From: Octopus bimaculoides
Lineage: Eukaryota
Direction of reading: 5' to 3'
DNA: 64,000 bases
Assembly (NCBI RefSeq): GCF_001194135.2
Contig: NC_068984.1
Span: 43,241,728-43,305,727 of the forward strand
Position numbers and translations under genes: made by a program. Shown piece by piece: positions 12,513 through 24,960 of the stretch (the first letter of the stretch is position 1; every line of letters starts with the position of its first letter). The notes beneath the pieces were generated by a model that searched no databases, was not told the DNA's origin, and saw nothing but the letters and a program-made list of their open reading frames with translations.

Positions 12513-12712
12513 GGCGGCGAGCTACCAGTATCGTTAGCACGCCGGGTAAAATGCTTAATAATATTTCATCTGTCTTATGCTCTGGGTCCAAATTCCATCG
12601 AGGTCAAAGTTGCTTTTCATCTCTTTTGGGGTCGATAAAATAAGTACCAGTTGAAAACTGAGGTCGATGTAATCGACTTATGTCTGCCCCGAAATTGCTG
12701 GCCTTGAAACCA
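12513..12712 (+). mobile_element. SINE family A
   Basis: ggcggcgagct head to gaaaccaat tail. Confidence 0.88.
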
Positions 12713-13738
12713 ATATATAGTTATGTCTCTTTATGTGAGTTCAGATCCGTTTGATTTTCATTCTCACGGAGTCACTGATATAAGTATCAGGGAAGTGGTA
12801 AAGCTGACTTAATTTATTTTTCTTCCTCGCAAATTGTTTGCCTGTGTTAGAAATAATTTACTAAATGGTAATATCTTTGACCTGGCAGCAATAATAAGGT
12901 TGTATGCTATGTTATCAGTTTTGCTCGTTGTGTATCTCGTTTGAATATGTGGTAAGCCACTCCTTGAGTCAATTGTTTCCGGCTGTTAAAGAACTGGCTC
13001 TGCGACTGTTTTAATCAGTCATCGTTGCTGCCTGTTGAATTATATTTGAGGAGCGGGAAGTAAGTGTAAGATGAGACGAAACGAGAGAATGACGAGAAAG
13101 GAGGGAAAGTCTAAGCTGTGAAAATAGTGGAAAGAATTACGAAGTAAAAGCGGGAAGAAAAACTAAAAAAAAAAAAAAATTAAGGTATCTAAGAGAAAAA
13201 TAATAGGAAAAAAGTAATACCGAAAGAATAGAAACCCGAAAATAGAAAATGTAATACATAAAATTGAATAAGTTCAAACTTATTCAATATTATAAATTGC
13301 TTTAACTGATTTTAAAATTTATTTATTTATTTATTTGCTTATTCATTCAGACAAATCATCACTAGTTTCCACAGACGGTATTATTTTTTCTCTGCGAAAA
13401 TAGAGAAACTGTAATAGAGGAAATAAATGGGAAAAATCTAGAAACACGACAGAAAACTTGTAAAGTATTAAAAGAAAAAAAATATGCAATAAATAAGTCA
13501 ATAAAATAATAATAAAAGGGTGGTGAGAGAAACAATGTGTAAGAAAGATGATGGTGTGTATAAGAGACACATGGGGAAAAGGTTATTGTATACAAGGAGC
13601 CGAAGTAATAGATATTACTGATTAATGTATGCTGGCTTACGGAAAGAACCTCAGGGAAGATTTCCGCATCCTAAGTACATATACACTATATTGCATACAT
13701 ATGTAATATAGTGAGTTGCAAAACTTCGATTAACTGAG

Positions 13739-14316
13739 ATTATCCATGCAGTCAGAAGATAAAAACTTTCCCCAGAGTGTGTTTAAAATCTGAAAACAAT
13801 ATGCAAAGAAGATAAGTTCAATATAATCAAGTATTTGAAGTGTTTGGAAGATAAAGACAACGCCGATCTCAGTTAAAGGAATTTTTTCTATTCACTATAT
13901 TACATATATCAGACCAAGTTGTATGTATATTTTTTGCTTGCAATACACGTTCTTGCGATATTGCATGCTGTATTACCTTAGCCATATTCTAGGTTTCATA
14001 ATCAATTTCTCTGTTTTCTCTCTTTCTATATACATGCATGGAAGTTTTGTTTTAAGTCTTACAAACTGAATAGTTCCAATAAAACTGAAACACATCGGTT
14101 TTACCAACTGATGAGTTCTAATAAGACTGAAACACATTCGTTACTTTCTCTTGTTGGCTTCGAAGACTAGATACATTTCCATTTCCATTTTTATTTTAAA
14201 ACAAAACAAAACAAAACAATAAACAGCTTGTTGATTTTATTTCAGTTAAATTCATTGCTTGTTGCTTTTAGATTTTAAATACTCCTGTGTTTTTGTCTAC
14301 TGATTGCATGGATAAT
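13739..14316. repeat. 28-bp inverted repeat pair bounding 578 bp
   Basis: attatccatgcagtcagaagataaaaac (13739-13766) vs gtttttgtctactgattgcatggataat (14289-14316), 3 mismatches. Confidence 0.7.
14062..14142 (+). repeat. Two ~42-bp tandem units with hammerhead-like core words
   Basis: ctgaata-gttccaataaaact-gaaa-cacatc and ctgatga-gttctaataagact-gaaa-cacattc. Confidence 0.5.
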
Positions 14317-15124
14317 GTAAGCAAATTTAATTTTTATTCATATCTTACTGTATTATATATGCGAGATCCTATTGTAAGTATAATAAATTTTAGCCGTCCC
14401 CTTTCTGTGAAGCAACTGTCGATTGCAACCGGACATGACATTCTTTGTATTTTTATTAGGACACAATTTCTCTACTTTTTATTCGTTGCTGTTGTTTTGG
14501 CAAGAGTTGCAAAATTTTCTTAAGTCTATTCCAATAATTCCAATTGTTTCAGTAAATAAGATATGAACAAAGTAAACTATCATAGGGAATATCGACCGAA
14601 ATTACTGAATTGATAAGGTTTATCGTGGTAAGATAGATTAGCGGACAATGTTAACTGACCATCAGCAGTCTCAAATTGCGATTTTGAGCTGACCGTTAAA
14701 TAGTGAAATGTGAGGTCAATTTAACATATTCAGAAGGGAAATCTAATTTATAGGAGTTATACTGTTTTTCTTTTCTTTTCTTAGATTAAAATAAATAACT
14801 GAGTTTCAATTGGAGTAAAACATCAGAAAGTTATATATATATATATATAATGACCGTGCTGGTTACTTGATCTGGTTAGTGATCTGATCGGAAACGTGTT
14901 TGAATACAGTTACCTTTCGGTTTTTGAGAATGAAAAGATTGAACAAATCAAACTTATTCCTGTTCACTGTTATTCTTTGATCATTACCACCCAATTTCGC
15001 TCAATACACCGGTTGTTATAATATCATCTGGTCATTTAGAGTAGAATCCATTAGGTTTAGCAAGGCATTAGCGGTAGAAAGAAATAGAATAGAGGGAGAT
15101 TCAGTTAGAAAGTTAGATGAGACA

Positions 15125-16420
15125 TTTAGGACAGGCATCGCAACTGACGTATTGGCGGCGAGGTTGGCCCTCGGTCAATTTTTCGACGCCAAACACGAAG
15201 ACTGCGTTGTCAGAGCTAAGGCACGTTCACTAAGAGGGGAGGGAAAGAAAGCGTCACGATAGGCCCGCGTGGTGGAGGCGAAAAGTGGCAATAAAGCCAC
15301 CATTCGGTCTTTGGTGGACCAGAGTGGATGCGTGGTATTCGAGCCGAAACGGATGTGTGCGGCTTTTCAGCGGCACTTGGCTCGACTGTTCGGGACGAAT
15401 GGTAGGATGGATAACAGGGCAGACTGAGCTGCAAACCTGGATTAGGCGTAGACCGAGGATGGGGCTTGGCACCTCGAATGCNNNNNNNNNNNNNNNNNNN
15501 NNNNNNNNNNNNNNNNNNNNNNNNNNNNNNNNNNNNNNNNNNNNNNNNNNNNNNNNNNNNNNNNNNNNNNNNNNNNNNNNNNNNNNNNNNNNNNNNNNNN
15601 NNNNNNNNNNNNNNNNNNNNNNNNNNNNNNNNNNNNNNNNNNNNNNNNNNNNNNNNNNNNNNNNNNNNNNNNNNNNNNNNNNNNNNNNNNNNNNNNNNNN
15701 NNNNNNNNNNNNNNNNNNNNNNNNNNNNNNNNNNNNNNNNNNNNNNNNNNNNNNNTGAAACCGTTCTGCACGCCCTAGTCCAGTGCCCGAATATTGCTGA
15801 GCTGTGGGTTTATGTCGAACACCTGCTGTCGCGTGTGGGACGGATCCGGCTATCAGCTGAATCCATTGTGAGGATTGCCCCGCCACCCTCTTTTGGCCGG
15901 GAGGGGCAGGCAATTTTTATTTGTCTAATGGCTGTAGCGAAAGAGGTAATATGGTGGGCCCGTTTGAAAGGGCTAAAGACAGACACTTCCCTCTTTGTCC
16001 AAGCCCTCATCAACTTTTTCAAGTTTCACTTGAAAAGGAAGTTGAGGGCGGAGAAGGGAGTGTTGCCTTGTAGCAAGTTTGTTGAAAAGTGGGTGAATAT
16101 TTGAAGAATGGTCAGTGTGAAATGACCAATTCTGAGCGTGCATCTGTAAACAAAATGAGAAGGGCTCTTGCCCTGTTGTTCAGGCACCCGTGGTTTTTGT
16201 GGGTTTTTCCACGAGGTCCTTAAAGTGCTTCCCCTATTGAGAGTTTTAAACTGTTTAATTTTTAAGTGTTATTTATATTGTTTACGCGTTGTAAAACCCA
16301 TTGCATCGTCCTATTTTTGTTTTTTATGTTGTTGTATGCCTTTTAACATAATTTTATGTGAGCCCTTGTGGCCAATAAAAGAATGAATTATAATTGTTAT
16401 TATTATTATTATTATTGAAC
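15125..16420 (+). mobile_element. L1/Tx1-clade LINE (EN-RT linker, gap, C-terminus, 3' UTR, (TTA)n)
   Basis: VVRAKARSLRGEGKK..IRSLVD..FQRHLARLFG before the gap; ETVLHALVQCP..FFKFHLKRKLR after it, homologous to 5516-5746. The gap is much shorter than the missing RT. Confidence 0.9.
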
Positions 16421-16671
16421 CTAGAGGTACGACAAAACAAATCGACTCCAGTAGATATGGATCTCAGAACAGAGAAGGCCATGAAAAACATGGGAATTCA
16501 TCATATCCAGTGCCCTATTATTTCTGCCATCTTCTCATCTCTCAGACAAAACGAAAATGGTAAATGTTATAGAAATACGTCTTCAGCTATTTTTTAAAAT
16601 TAGAAATCATTCTCCAAAATATGCTTGAAGAAACTAATAACCGGCAATGGGTTAAAAGATATTAGACATTT

Positions 16672-16702
<31 letters not shown>

Positions 16703-17619
16703 AGAAATGGTCCATTCATATCTGAGAAACTTATTTACTTTTGATAGGCAATGGAAAATTTGAAAAACAGCTGCCGCTGTCAGGAAAGTTTGGGGTATTT
16801 AAAGAAAAGAAGAGAGAAAGAAATTTCAGTGAAAAAGAAAATAGGAAAAAATGCATTTGTTTTCTTTCTCGAATGACTTAACAAATGGGGTTGAATAGAA
16901 GATCTCTTATTGAGATGGTACAAAATTTGTAAATTTATCATTTGTTAACAATGTCTAGGAATCTTACTGCAATCTGTTATCTAATGATGTTATTCGAATT
17001 GCAGAAGAGACTTGATAGCTATTAGAACAAGAAATTTGAAACAGCTGTACTGAGTATACTGAAGAGGATTATGACAAAAGATTCGTCATTTAAAGTCTAT
17101 GAAGTATCTCAGTAGTCGAAAGAAAGTGATATTTTCTGTAATGATTACAACAAACATTTTCATTCTATTTTCCAGACTAAAACCACGCAGCAATCTCACC
17201 CATCTCAATTCAGTCCAACGTTTCTCACGATTTAGAGTTGTTTATCTTTCCATTGCACTATATTTGCTGACATACTGATTTTTCTATTTAGACAAACATA
17301 ATCCATTAGAGTTAAAGAGGATATGGTACGAGACTATATAATCTTGATGCCTTTCTGAAGAGCATTCATGATAAGGGAAAGAAATTATTGTAAACAAGTA
17401 GTAAATCTGAGTCGAAATTTCAGTTCAACGAAAGATTAAGTTTTAATCTATGATACCAGCCACTCATCTATAGAAAATCTTGACTATTATTTGACATTAT
17501 AAACACCAATCTGAAACAGAAAAGAGATGTAGACCCGCTGACGAGACTGGAAACACGGCCTGATATCACTTTATGTTAAACATTTATTCGTAATTGTTTA
17601 TTAATTACATTACATCAAA

Positions 17620-17834
17620 GGCGGCGAGGTGGCAGAATCGTTAGCACAGCGGACAAAATGCTCCACGGTATTTCGTCCGTCTTTATGTTCTGAAATCAAA
17701 TTCCACCGTGATCGACTTTGCCTTTGATCCTTTCCGGGTCGATAAAATAAATACCAGTTGAGTACCGGAGTCGATTTAATCGACATACTTCTTCCTTCGA
17801 AATTACTGCCCCTGTGCCAATATTTGAAACCATT
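17620..17834 (+). mobile_element. SINE family A with ~20-bp TSD
   Basis: TSD attaattacattacatcaaa (17600-17619) / attaattacattaaatcaac (17835-17854). Confidence 0.92.
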
Positions 17835-17974
17835 ATTAATTACATTAAATCAACTTAACAATTTTCACTTTCCTATCTCAAAAGACTGAGTTTGTCTCTT
17901 TGCTTCCAATGACTCATTAACAAAATGAAAAACAAAACCTACTATCCAATTTTGAATGTAAACTTTGTTGATAG

Positions 17975-18096
17975 ACGGAAAACCCCAAGCTGACAATAAT
18001 AGTTTGATGTCGCTTGAGTTCAACGTCCGTCCTAACAAAGCAACTGAGTCATTCGATGTGTCAGATATGAACGACACGCTTCAGTCTCACCGATAG
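17975..18096 (+). CDS. Candidate terminal coding exon of an unidentified gene
   Basis: Acceptor ctttgttgatag; phase-1 frame (D)GKPQADNNSLMSLEFNVRPNKATESFDVSDMNDTLQSHR-stop; no homology recognised. Confidence 0.2.
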
Positions 18097-18748
18097 CCGA
18101 GAAGAGATAGCGAGAGCTTGATGAGTAAATAATTATCCGGTATAGAAAAACAAAATAGAAATAACACCCTGTAAGCTTAACGGTTGTTAGAAAAGTATTT
18201 TGGAATGGAGCATACACCTTTGTGAAAGTAACGGTATTGCTTATTTACATGTCATTTTATAATAGAATATTGTATTTTTTTCTCTATTCCTCTACCTCGA
18301 TACAATTTACACATTATAATATTATAATAGCATATTGTCGATAAGTGTGTCTCAGTATAGTGTACAAATCATTTCACCATTGCTATATTGTAGCAGTAAC
18401 TATCACTCACATCATAACCTTCGCTATTCTGATTTTTGAAACCAGAGAATGGGACACGCATGAGTACGCACTTAGACACATATGAGAGGAAGGCAAAATT
18501 TATAAATATAAACACGAAAATAGGCTTCAGTTGGTCGTGGTTCGGGTTATGACTAATTTTCACTGCCTAGTCAAATAAGTTACCATACATGTGTATAGTC
18601 AGAATCTATATCATAGCTTTAGCCGTAATGACTAAAGCGAACTGAAGAACAGGTGAAACATTTCGCTCGTTCATTATAGTAAAACTTCAGCAATTAAATG
18701 TTATTAGGTCAAGAATTTACCTCGATGTCATTACATTATTAGATATTC

Positions 18749-18966
18749 TTTTATTCTTTTACTTGCTTCAGATATTTGACTACGGCCATGCTGGAGCACC
18801 GCCTTAAAGGGTTTTAGTCAAAGAAATCGACCCCAGGACTTATTCTTTGCAAGCCAAGTACTTTTTTTATCGGTTGTCTTTTGCTGAACTGCTAAGTTAT
18901 GGGATTGTAAACAGACTAACATCAGTTGTCAAGCGATGGTAGGGGGACAAACACAGACACAACGAC

Positions 18967-18997
<31 letters not shown>

Positions 18998-19158
18998 CGA
19001 CGGGCTTCTTTTCAGTTTCCGTCTACCAAATCCACTCACAAGCCTTTGGTCGGCCCCAGGCTATAGTAGAAGATACTTGTCGAAGGTGCCACACAGTGGG
19101 ACTGAACCTGGTATCGTGTGATTGGGAAGCAAGCTTCTTACGCAGCTAAGCCTGCGCT
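18749..19158 (-). mobile_element. SINE family B (tRNA head, CORE-like box, internal microsatellite, LINE-like tail)
   Basis: Reverse complement contains gtggcaccttcgacaagtatc (CORE-like) and ggcggtgctccagcatggccg tail. Confidence 0.92.
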
Positions 19159-20062
19159 TGTTGACGATTACTAATTTAATTTGAAACAATTTATGGACAT
19201 TTTTCGCAAAAGTGTAGAAAATGCTCGTTTTATTGCAGGGTATACGAACTTGTTTTTGCACACCCAGAAAAGGATTTTGAAATAATATTCCCATAAGAAA
19301 ATGGTTATTAACAAATTATTAGTACGAATATTTACTTATATTGTTCAAACATTACCCGTTCCCAAACATTAGCATTAGATTATTTCAAAAGATAATTCCA
19401 GAAAGTGGTTCCTTTGTATTATTCTCACCGAGATTATTGCTCAGGATACTGAAAAAAAATGCATGTATTTGAAAATGCAAACAAACTATACTCGAAGAAT
19501 GCCAAATCACTTTTCAAAGTTGAAACTATTTTGAAGAATACTTTTAAACAAAGAATTAGTATTTGGATTCTGTGTGAAACAATTATAGACTCACGAGCAA
19601 TATTTGAGTATAAATAGCATCTGGTGGTTTGCAAGCTGCCAAAATCAGATACATAACCAGAATTGGAATTCAGTGGAATAACATGAGGTATACCATATTC
19701 CTATTAACCCTGTTATGCTTTTTCTTTAACTGCAGTTAAGCTTCTTAGTTCGAAGCGATGCTTTTTGTTATAGAATATGAAAGCATTGCAAATGATTTGT
19801 TAGCCATTTTAACCCACGCGTAAACACCTCTAAGGTCTAAAATTACATACACCTGTTGTGTTCTGTAAAAGTAATTGAATATGGAATGAAAACCAGTAAA
19901 AATCCAATAGTTCAACATACCCATTGCAAATCTTACTTAAGACGATAGCGAGAAGGTTAGGGAAATATTTGTTATACGTTAGTAGCATTCACTGTAAGGA
20001 ATTTATTAGATGAAGCTGAAATTTCTGTCGAGGGGTATGCCGATACCAATATATTCTTGTGA

Positions 20063-20265
20063 AGGCAGCGAGCTAGCCGGGCAAAATATTTAGCGGCATT
20101 TCGTCTGTCTTTACGACCTGAGTTCAAATCTGCCGAGGTCGACTTTGCCTTTCATCCTATCGGAATCGATAAAACAAGTACCAGTTGAGGACTGGGGGCC
20201 AATGTAATTGACTTACCCCCTCCTCCGAAGGGCTTGCTGGTTTTGTGCCAAAATTTGAAATCAAT
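20063..20265 (+). mobile_element. SINE family A
   Basis: ggcagcgagct head, core, aaatttgaaatcaat tail. Confidence 0.88.
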
Positions 20266-20542
20266 ATACTCCTTGTGTTCACTATATTGGTATTTGATAG
20301 TATTTGAACTCAAAAGTCTTTTTTTTTTATCGCAATTGGTGAACAAAAGCTTGGTTCGTAATATAGGTTTATAAACAGATTAATCACTGGTTGAATGCAT
20401 TTCCTCGCCGAAGTTTACACACACACACACACACACACAGAGAAACACACCGTATGCGCTGCAACAGACTCAGCTAAAATCAACTGAGTACATCTTTCAC
20501 TTCTTAACTCATCTTAATCGAAGTATAACTCAGGGAAAGGAT

Positions 20543-21030
<488 letters not shown>

Positions 21031-21089
21031 TTATACGTCGCTACGCTGCTGATAAAAATCTTTGCTTATCATGTACGTACCTTCTTTTA

Positions 21090-21216
21090 ATAGTAGATTG
21101 TTATATAGTGAAAGGCTTGTTAGTTACTATGGTTCACACGCACTCTTTCTTTCTCCCACTGCATTTCTCTCTCAACAACAACTTGTTTTTCTTTCTTGAA
21201 ACAAATTAGAATTCTA

Positions 21217-21298
<82 letters not shown>

Positions 21299-21592
21299 CC
21301 AAAATTTACTAACTATATCGTTATATAGTGAAAGTCTTTTGTTTCTCTGTGTGTGTATGTGTGTTGCATGGTGCTGACAGACCTGCACTTACAATTCATG
21401 TTAGTTGCAATTCCTGCGTTTTTAATCAAAACTTGTTAGTTACAACACTATCTATCTATTTATCTTTTACACACACTCTCTTTCTATCTCACTGTATTTC
21501 TCACTCATCAACAACTTTTCACCTCTCCTTCACATATATCTTGTGACGGACAAACAAACGGAGATTAACTTTCTCTTTTATAATATAAGATT
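21090..21592 (+). mobile_element. Helitron-like non-autonomous element, 3' part with internal duplication
   Basis: End gtgacggacaaacaaacggagattaactttctctttataatataagat resembles Lep1-type Helitron ends; gttatatagtgaaag repeated at ~21099 and ~21320. Confidence 0.4.
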
Positions 21593-21989
21593 ATAATGAA
21601 TTCTGGATTAAAACACTAGTATTTAGTGAAGAAATAAAGTGGGAAATGCGTATTTCATATACCATATTAAAGAAAATATACTTAGTGCGACTTCACAGTT
21701 TTGTAGACCTTTTTCGCATATGTGTACATACATACATACAGACATACATACAAACCCATTCCACAATCTTCTAGTAGTTTTCCGATCACAAAAGTCCATT
21801 CATCCGGCAGAAGTCAGTGCGAGGTTATAGTAAAGAAGACTTGCCCAACGAGTTACAAAGGATTACGAAAGCAAACAGCTTAACAACACAATTATAACTT
21901 AAAGGAAGGTTAGTAAATACTACAATGAGATTTATCTGGCGTTCTACCATTTATTTTTCTGTCTCTATCTATCCTTCTTTATATAGAAA

Positions 21990-22378
21990 ACTAGCTGTTT
22001 TTCCCGGTTTCACTCGGGCAGTGTGGTGGGTTTGGTTAAAGGCTATTTCCTATGTATATTTTGAATAATAAAAAGAACTAAAAATTAAAAAAACAAAAAT
22101 TCCCAAAACAAAAAAAGTAAGAACAACCCAAAAACAATATGATGCTAAAGATTTTGCGAGTCGATATTGTAAAACTAACTTCACGTGTGTACCCATAGCC
22201 CTATATAGTCACGGAACCTTATTTGTGGTATAACCTCGCCTTAAAAGAAAAATATATGGTAGTGCGGTTGTTGTATTGGCGACACAAGAATGTTAATCGA
22301 AACTGTTCAAGATCAATCATAGGCTGGACGTTCATGTACACTGATTAGAATTGTGAATTTCAATTATTGAAAACGCGT
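21990..22378 (+). mobile_element. Helitron-derived element (5' end plus helicase C-terminal remnant)
   Basis: actagctgtttttcccggtttcactcggg 5' end; SHGTLFVV*PR near 22208-22240 resembles PIF1-helicase SHGQLYVALSR; runs into gap. Confidence 0.55.
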
Positions 22379-23591
22379 NNNNNNNNNNNNNNNNNNNNNN
22401 NNNNNNNNNNNNNNNNNNNNNNNNNNNNNNNNNNNNNNNNNNNNNNNNNNNNNNNNNNNNNNNNNNNNNNNNNNNNNNNNNNNNNNNNNNNNNNNNNNNN
22501 NNNNNNNNNNNNNNNNNNNNNNNNNNNNNNNNNNNNNNNNNNNNNNNNNNNNNNNNNNNNNNNNNNNNNNNNNNNNNNNNNNNNNNNNNNNNNNNNNNNN
22601 NNNNNNNNNNNNNNNNNNNNNNNNNNNNNNNNNNNNNNNNNNNNNNNNNNNNNNNNNNNNNNNNNNNNNNNNNNNNNNNNNNNNNNNNNNNNNNNNNNNN
22701 NNNNNNNNNNNNNNNNNNNNNNNNNNNNNNNNNNNNNNNNNNNNNNNNNNNNNNNNNNNNNNNNNNNNNNNNNNNNNNNNNNNNNNNNNNNNNNNNNNNN
22801 NNNNNNNNNNNNNNNNNNNNNNNNNNNNNNNNNNNNNNNNNNNNNNNNNNNNNNNNNNNNNNNNNNNNNNNNNNNNNNNNNNNNNNNNNNNNNNNNNNNN
22901 NNNNNNNNNNNNNNNNNNNNNNNNNNNNNNNNNNNNNNNNNNNNNNNNNNNNNNNNNNNNNNNNNNNNNNNNNNNNNNNNNNNNNNNNNNNNNNNNNNNN
23001 NNNNNNNNNNNNNNNNNNNNNNNNNNNNNNNNNNNNNNNNNNNNNNNNNNNNNNNNNNNNNNNNNNNNNNNNNNNNNNNNNNNNNNNNNNNNNNNNNNNN
23101 NNNNNNNNNNNNNNNNNNNNNNNNNNNNNNNNNNNNNNNNNNNNNNNNNNNNNNNNNNNNNNNNNNNNNNNNNNNNNNNNNNNNNNNNNNNNNNNNNNNN
23201 NNNNNNNNNNNNNNNNNNNNNNNNNNNNNNNNNNNNNNNNNNNNNNNNNNNNNNNNNNNNNNNNNNNNNNNNNNNNNNNNNNNNNNNNNNNNNNNNNNNN
23301 NNNNNNNNNATATATATATATGTATGTATATATATATATATATAATCGACCATCTGGGTAAGATCTACAATGTCAAAGTTCAGCTGTAGTTAAAAGTTCA
23401 TTTTAAAGAAAGAAAGGATATAAAAATAACGGATCTCGCAAGCACTATAAGTGTGCTAGAATGTACGAGATTAAATATATTCTCATATCTCTGATTTACA
23501 TACGCTCACGCAATAGATGCATGCACATTTATTTGCAGTTAAGTACATCGTACATATACGTAGGTGTGTGTGACGTTTAGGATATTGTGTT

Positions 23592-23630
<39 letters not shown>

Positions 23631-24394
23631 GTATGTGCGAATATGTCTATGTGCGTGTATGTGAATGTGTGTGTACGCGTGCGCGTTTATCCTACTGAAT
23701 GTTCCAGTTTGTTTAACTGAATATCCCGGAATAGATTTCAATTGAATTTACTTCTGTATTTTAAAACCAGATGCTCTTCCAAATTAATCTGAGTTGGTTC
23801 CGATGTTGGGGGTCCTCATATTAAGTATCCCTTCTAATGAAATATAGATCTGTATCTACATGAAGCTTGACTACTACACAAACAAGATTTCTAGGAAAGC
23901 GCACGAAGACGCATTTCAAGAGAATGAAATAGACAAATAGCTGTAAATGGACTAGGAAAATAGATTGACAGATGTTTTAGTGTTAGTTTTTTCAAATTCC
24001 TTTAAAAGCCTTTTTTGAGAACGTGTGTGTGTGTGGGAGGCGGGGGAGGGTGATGTTCTATGCTGTGTATCCGCTTTTTGTTGTTATTCGGCCCTTGATC
24101 AACAGGATCTAGCAAATGTGTGATTAAAGGCGTTCCAATCTCGATGATAGGCTTTTTTATTTTTAGATATATTAAATCTGGGACGACAAAATCTAATATG
24201 TCCTTCTTTTTCCAAGATGTCAGTGTCAAAATTCAGTGATATTTGACTGGTATTTCCAGTACGTTGAGTGACTCAATATTTTTTAGTTATAATTACTAAA
24301 ATTAAGATGTAGGTGTAACACACAAAGCATCACAACTGGTTTCTCCTGGGGTGTCTTATAACTGTACATATGTTTGTGTGTTATTTGACAAGGA

Positions 24395-24960
24395 AATTCA
24401 AATCTGGTCTCCCACTGGCTTCTGTACTCTTCCGAAGGCCTAGGAACGACTTTCTAAACAACCACTTCATTCTCTATACAAAGGTTCTCATCTATCATGT
24501 AGTCTTTCTTACTATTCACCTGTCTGCGTATGATACATTGATCTCACGTTAAGACCCTGCAGTACTTTAAAATTCAATATTTCCAAAGAATCCTTTCAAT
24601 TACTTAGCGAGATAGAATTACAAACATTTCAAACCAAAGCCAGCGTCATTAAATCCACACCGTACAAGCATCGACCGAGATGGTTCGGACATGCAGTTTG
24701 CATGTCTAACTTGCGTCTCCCTCATAGGATCTTCCCTGGTTAGTTATACCATGTTCAACGCTTGATTGGACGATCAAAGTACTGGTTCAAAACCGGCTGA
24801 AGACTATTTTGAAAAGCAGCAACACCAACCCTTCAAAAGTAGAAGACGACGTCACTGCCCGTCGCTCACTTCGAAGGTCTCACTGTTGGACGAGGAATGT
24901 AGATATGGATAAGGATGGGATTGAAGGAAAAATTCACTCAGCACTATCGAGAGAATCAAG
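24395..24960 (+). mobile_element. RTE-clade LINE 3' fragment
   Basis: TKVLIYHVV.., RWFGHAVCMSNLRLPHRIF.., LKTILKSSNTNPS (RTE ORF2 C-terminal pattern). Confidence 0.8.

Noticed and set aside
16960-17140. SNDVIRIAEE resembling P-element/THAP9 transposase
   Set aside because: Too short and interrupted by stops
22364-23389. Long ORFs in the track (also at 30589-31397, 44248-44877, 51764-52422)
   Set aside because: They are open only because of N-gaps or microsatellites
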